Positions 60,834 through 64,000 of a stretch of 64,000 nucleotides of DNA are shown piece by piece. Positions within the stretch are counted from its first letter, which is position 1; the number at the start of each line of letters is the position of its first letter. The notes under the pieces were generated by a model. The model searched no databases. It was not told the origin of the DNA and saw only the letters and a program-made list of their open reading frames with translations. The DNA comes from Bdellovibrionales bacterium (GTDB taxonomy: Bacteria; Bdellovibrionota; Bdellovibrionia; Bdellovibrionales; UBA1609), in the NCBI GenBank assembly GCA_027317865.1, contig DAHVQG010000001.1, positions 64,001 through 128,000 of the forward strand, read 5' to 3'. The translations under genes were made by a program, and so were the position numbers.

Positions 60834-61301
60834 TCAGTTGCTGAAAAAAGCGACGACGTTATGTGAAGTCGTGCTCAACTGAAACGACCGGGTTGTAAAC
60901 TCGTAGTCCATCACGGGTTCAAAATTAAAATAGCGATTGGGCTGGCAAATCGAAGGCGTGGTAATAACCGTACCGATGTTTACCACATTATTCGCACCCC
61001 AAACTACCGTCGCATTATATTGGGCCGTTCCGAGGTAGGTGTTGCCGCTATAGCACGCAAAGGTACCGCTGATTTGTGTGCTGCTTGAAATCGTAACAGT
61101 CATTTGCCCGCCCGGTATCGGTTGTTTACTGGGCCACGTCGGCGAACCTTCAACTCGCGTGAGGGTGTACGTGTTACCGATTAAACTTTGAACGAGTACT
61201 GGATTGCCAATGGAACCTAGTGGCGCGGGAGGGGCCTTTCCACAGCTCGTTAGCGTGACGGTTAGGGCAAGAACTGAAATGAACGCTAAAGATTTAGCCA
61301 T
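60834..61301 (-). CDS. Hypothetical lipoprotein (possibly META/lipocalin-like)
   Basis: Lipobox LTS-C, beta-rich, Cys pair. Confidence 0.65.
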   Translation of the reverse strand: MAKSLAFISVLALTVTLTSCGKAPPAPLGSIGNPVLVQSLIGNTYTLTRVEGSPTWPSKQPIPGGQMTVTISSSTQISGTFACYSGNTYLGTAQYNATVVWGANNVVNIGTVITTPSICQPNRYFNFEPVMDYEFTTRSFQLSTTSHNVVAFFSN

Positions 61302-61396
61302 TGGTGTATTCAATGACATCGACTGAAAGCGTGACACGCAATAAAAGGTTGCGCAACAAAAAGATCCCGGGATATGAATTGTCTGTCATCGTATTA

Positions 61397-61483
61397 GCCC
61401 TCATGGCGGAACTGGCAGACGCGCTACATTCAGGGTGTAGTAGGAGCAATCCTGTGAGTGTTCAAATCACTCTGAGGGCACCA
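61397..61483 (+). tRNA. tRNA-Leu (anticodon CAG)
   Basis: GCCCTCA...TGAGGGC-A-CCA acceptor, CTACA-TT-CAG-GG-TGTAG anticodon arm, long variable arm. Confidence 0.95.
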
Positions 61484-62149
61484 ATCAGATTCTATATAAT
61501 CAAAAATGGCCTTGCGCACAGCTTCGGCGAAATGGTTCAAACGATTGCGGTTAAACAATAACTCGTGACGAAGGCGCGATGAGATCTCTATTTGAACGCC
61601 CTTTTCCCCCGCGCGATTCACGATATTTGAGCTGTGTACGCCTTTAAAGCGTTGAGCAGGGTACTCGACGGCTAAACCACTTTTTTTAAACGCTTGCGCT
61701 AATTCGGCGGTGAGCGGTCTATTTAACCCTCCCAAAATAACTAACGAATTCTGCTCGTCATTATATCCGTGAATGGAGATGGCAATTCGTGAGCGAGTCA
61801 CTAGTGCTACAGCTTGTGGCTCGTCAAAGTTCGCACTGGTGATATGCATGCCGAAATTTTCGCCGTCCTTTATCCCTTCGAAAAGATAGAGGTTGAAGTC
61901 GGTTTTGGCGATGGCGCGAGCAATTTCACTGGTGCCAAATTCTATTTTGCCGGCATGTGGCCCAATTATTGTGACGGGGCTCTCATTCCGTCTGATCTCG
62001 ATTTTGAAATCGGCCCCTTCTTTCTCGTGCCTTTTGAGATCGGCGAAATTTCGGTACTCATCATGGTTTGCCGCGAGATCTTTCGCGCAATTGTCGGCGT
62101 GGGCGCATAGGCCAAAAAATAAAATAATAAAAATCGAAAACTTTATCAC
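61430..62149 (-). CDS. Secreted poly-gamma-glutamate hydrolase (PghP/YjqB family)
   Basis: YRNFADL, PHAGKIEFGTSEIA, YLFEG, HITSANFDEP, ISIHG, NIVNR, GVQIEIS; signal peptide. Confidence 0.88.
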   Translation of the reverse strand: MIKFSIFIILFFGLCAHADNCAKDLAANHDEYRNFADLKRHEKEGADFKIEIRRNESPVTIIGPHAGKIEFGTSEIARAIAKTDFNLYLFEGIKDGENFGMHITSANFDEPQAVALVTRSRIAISIHGYNDEQNSLVILGGLNRPLTAELAQAFKKSGLAVEYPAQRFKGVHSSNIVNRAGEKGVQIEISSRLRHELLFNRNRLNHFAEAVRKAIFDYIESDWCPQSDLNTHRIAPTTP

Positions 62150-62171
62150 GCGGAGTGAATACCACGCCGGT

Positions 62172-62618
62172 TTATTGATTGTTTACATAATAAAGTTTGC
62201 GGCCGTTTATGATGTAAACATTATTGGGCGAACGCTTGTACAACTTGCCATCGATGTAGACAAACGCGCTTTTGCCAGTTGGCTTTGGTGTTGCCGCCGA
62301 AGTCGACGCGGTAAACCTGCCTGGCGCTTGCATCGGGCTAACGGTTTGACTGTATTGGCGGTGATTATTGTTCAATATTCGCTCAACGGCAGCGCGGGCC
62401 TTGGGCGGCAGCTTTTGCGCGAGCGAGGCCATGGCTTGTCGCGGATTCTGACTCAACGAAAGCTTGATGAAGCCAAAAAGGGCAGCGCCGCCAATGAGGA
62501 GTATTACAAGGCCTTTTGGGAAGCGCGACTTCGATCGCCGCGTGATCGGATGAAAACCGGTCGGCGAGGGCTTGACCTTGGCCAGGTCCGAAAAATAGTC
62601 TTCTGGTTTTTTCTCCAT
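62172..62618 (-). CDS. Single-TM hypothetical protein
   Basis: TM segment; C-terminal tandem beta-hairpins VYIDGKLY / VYIINGRKLY. Confidence 0.65.
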   Translation of the reverse strand: MEKKPEDYFSDLAKVKPSPTGFHPITRRSKSRFPKGLVILLIGGAALFGFIKLSLSQNPRQAMASLAQKLPPKARAAVERILNNNHRQYSQTVSPMQAPGRFTASTSAATPKPTGKSAFVYIDGKLYKRSPNNVYIINGRKLYYVNNQ

Positions 62619-62816
62619 TGCAAGCCTATCGGCTGCCAACTTATTTAGTTTAACTAGGCGAAAGGCGCGGCGATTTCGCAAGACTCAATCCGGCGAGTTG
62701 GAGCGCTGCAGACTGTAAAACGACCCATTAATTTCAGTCAAATTAAGCCTATGGCTATCGTATTAGGCCGGATCCGGCTTTCATCGATGCAATTTTGATA
62801 CATTGAATTTTGCCGC

Positions 62817-63845
62817 TTGCAAAGCGCGGCGAAGCTTACTAGTTTCTCCCCCATCGATTCATTTCCGGGGGAACAATTGAAATCACTAATTTCTATGGCG
62901 ATTTTTATCTTTGCCTTACTGTTCGCGATGGGGCCGCGTGCTTTTGCTGAGAGTTCCAGCATTTCGGCCCCCAGTATAACCTTTAAATTGACTCGAAAAG
63001 CGAAGCGTAAAATTCGCGCGAAAGTGCGAGCGGCGCAAGGCAAGGGTTTTGACCATGAAGTGACGGATATTCAAATGCGGGCTGCTTCGGGGGCGCAAAC
63101 GAAGTTCAGTTCAAGTTACATGATTCACTATTGGGGGCCGGCGATTAACGATCTTGGCAGCGGTAACCGTCCATTGATTGGCGGCATACGACAACAAAGC
63201 CCGGTCAGCGTCGACGGAGATATCGGACTTCGTTACCGATTTAATGAAAACGATAGTTTATTTTTAGCCGTCGGCTTGTATAAATCCGACCCGCTTCATA
63301 CAAGCGAAGCGTCTAAACCTATGACGGTTAACACGCCACAAATTAATTTCAATTCAACTCGTCGGGTGGCTGGCGTCGAAGTCGCCAGCGATACGGTCGC
63401 CTATATAACAACAATCCCTTGGCAGTTGAAGTATAACCAAATCGGCAAACTTGCCGAATATGTCACGTTTTTGAAATCAATCGGTCTTTCAAGGTTCGAC
63501 ACCGGAGCATGGGTGAACGTTTCGTATACGGCTTACGGGAATGAGCGTGTTTCGAATCTCGTTGCAAGTAAGCAAAACGATTTTGACTTAGTTGTGGCAC
63601 CAACATTGGATTTTCGTCCAACGCGAAACACAAAACTCTGGTCGTCAATCGGGTTGGTCAATTTGATGCATTACCGATCCAATCCAGGGTTTTCCGGTTT
63701 TACTCCCCAAGCTTTAACGGGCTATTTCGGATTGGGCGTTGCAATCGTTCGTAACCTTTATGTGGATCCATACGTCCAGTTTGAGCCTACTCAAATGGCG
63801 CTAAACAAAACTATTTTCAATCTTTCATCGGACATGAATTTTTAG
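62817..63845 (+). CDS. Outer-membrane beta-barrel, possibly related to the Bdellovibrio major OMP (PopA) family
   Basis: Signal peptide; DHEVTDIQMRAASGAQTKFS segment resembles my recollection of that family; amphipathic strands; terminal Phe; true start likely downstream. Confidence 0.65.
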   Translation: MQSAAKLTSFSPIDSFPGEQLKSLISMAIFIFALLFAMGPRAFAESSSISAPSITFKLTRKAKRKIRAKVRAAQGKGFDHEVTDIQMRAASGAQTKFSSSYMIHYWGPAINDLGSGNRPLIGGIRQQSPVSVDGDIGLRYRFNENDSLFLAVGLYKSDPLHTSEASKPMTVNTPQINFNSTRRVAGVEVASDTVAYITTIPWQLKYNQIGKLAEYVTFLKSIGLSRFDTGAWVNVSYTAYGNERVSNLVASKQNDFDLVVAPTLDFRPTRNTKLWSSIGLVNLMHYRSNPGFSGFTPQALTGYFGLGVAIVRNLYVDPYVQFEPTQMALNKTIFNLSSDMNF

Positions 63846-64000
63846 GCTGGACTTGTCGTCATATCTGTTTGTGCCTAGACTAGTAAATTGCGCAGTTGAA
63901 GTGAAAATTGATGTTGGGGTGAAGCGGCATGTTCAGTGGGGATGCGCGATTTCTAGTAGTTGATGACACCGTCGCAGCACGTGACGGAATTCGTAAAACA

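Noticed and set aside
54921-61396. Prophage or integrative element between the tRNAs
   Set aside because: No integrase, transposase, phage structural gene or att repeat seen
61893-62648. 251-aa plus-strand ORF
   Set aside because: Antisense to two better-supported genes and has no recognisable motifs

Overview
Chromosomal window, most likely from a predatory Bdellovibrionota bacterium. This is inferred from gene content: a DUF507 pair, the fliL-fliA operon next to rpoH and aspS, a split Tad/Flp locus, a PopA-like barrel and many orphan secreted proteins. Core genes are ileS (partial), PBP1B, uvrD/pcrA, rpsN, suhB, fliLMNOPQR-flhBAFG-fliA, rpoH, aspS, folD, gcvT/gcvH and two tRNA-Leu genes. 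The most unusual items are: (1) a radical SAM/SPASM maturase coupled to an unannotated 39-aa peptide (MKHIKK...GCPERSWV), directly upstream of a CHASE2 histidine kinase and a sigma54 response regulator, a candidate RiPP signalling system; (2) an accessory block around the tRNA-Leu genes encoding a signal-peptide-bearing RelA/SpoT-type synthetase, a fungal-like GH15 glucoamylase and a poly-gamma-glutamate hydrolase, which share a short C-x-x-x-L tag; (3) a frameshift-split secreted Gly/Met/Pro/Tyr-repeat protein; (4) candidate sRNAs, many sigma54 promoters, a recurring GTC-N9-GAC palindrome and a 13-bp phased promoter repeat. All family calls come from motifs read by eye; no database searches were run.
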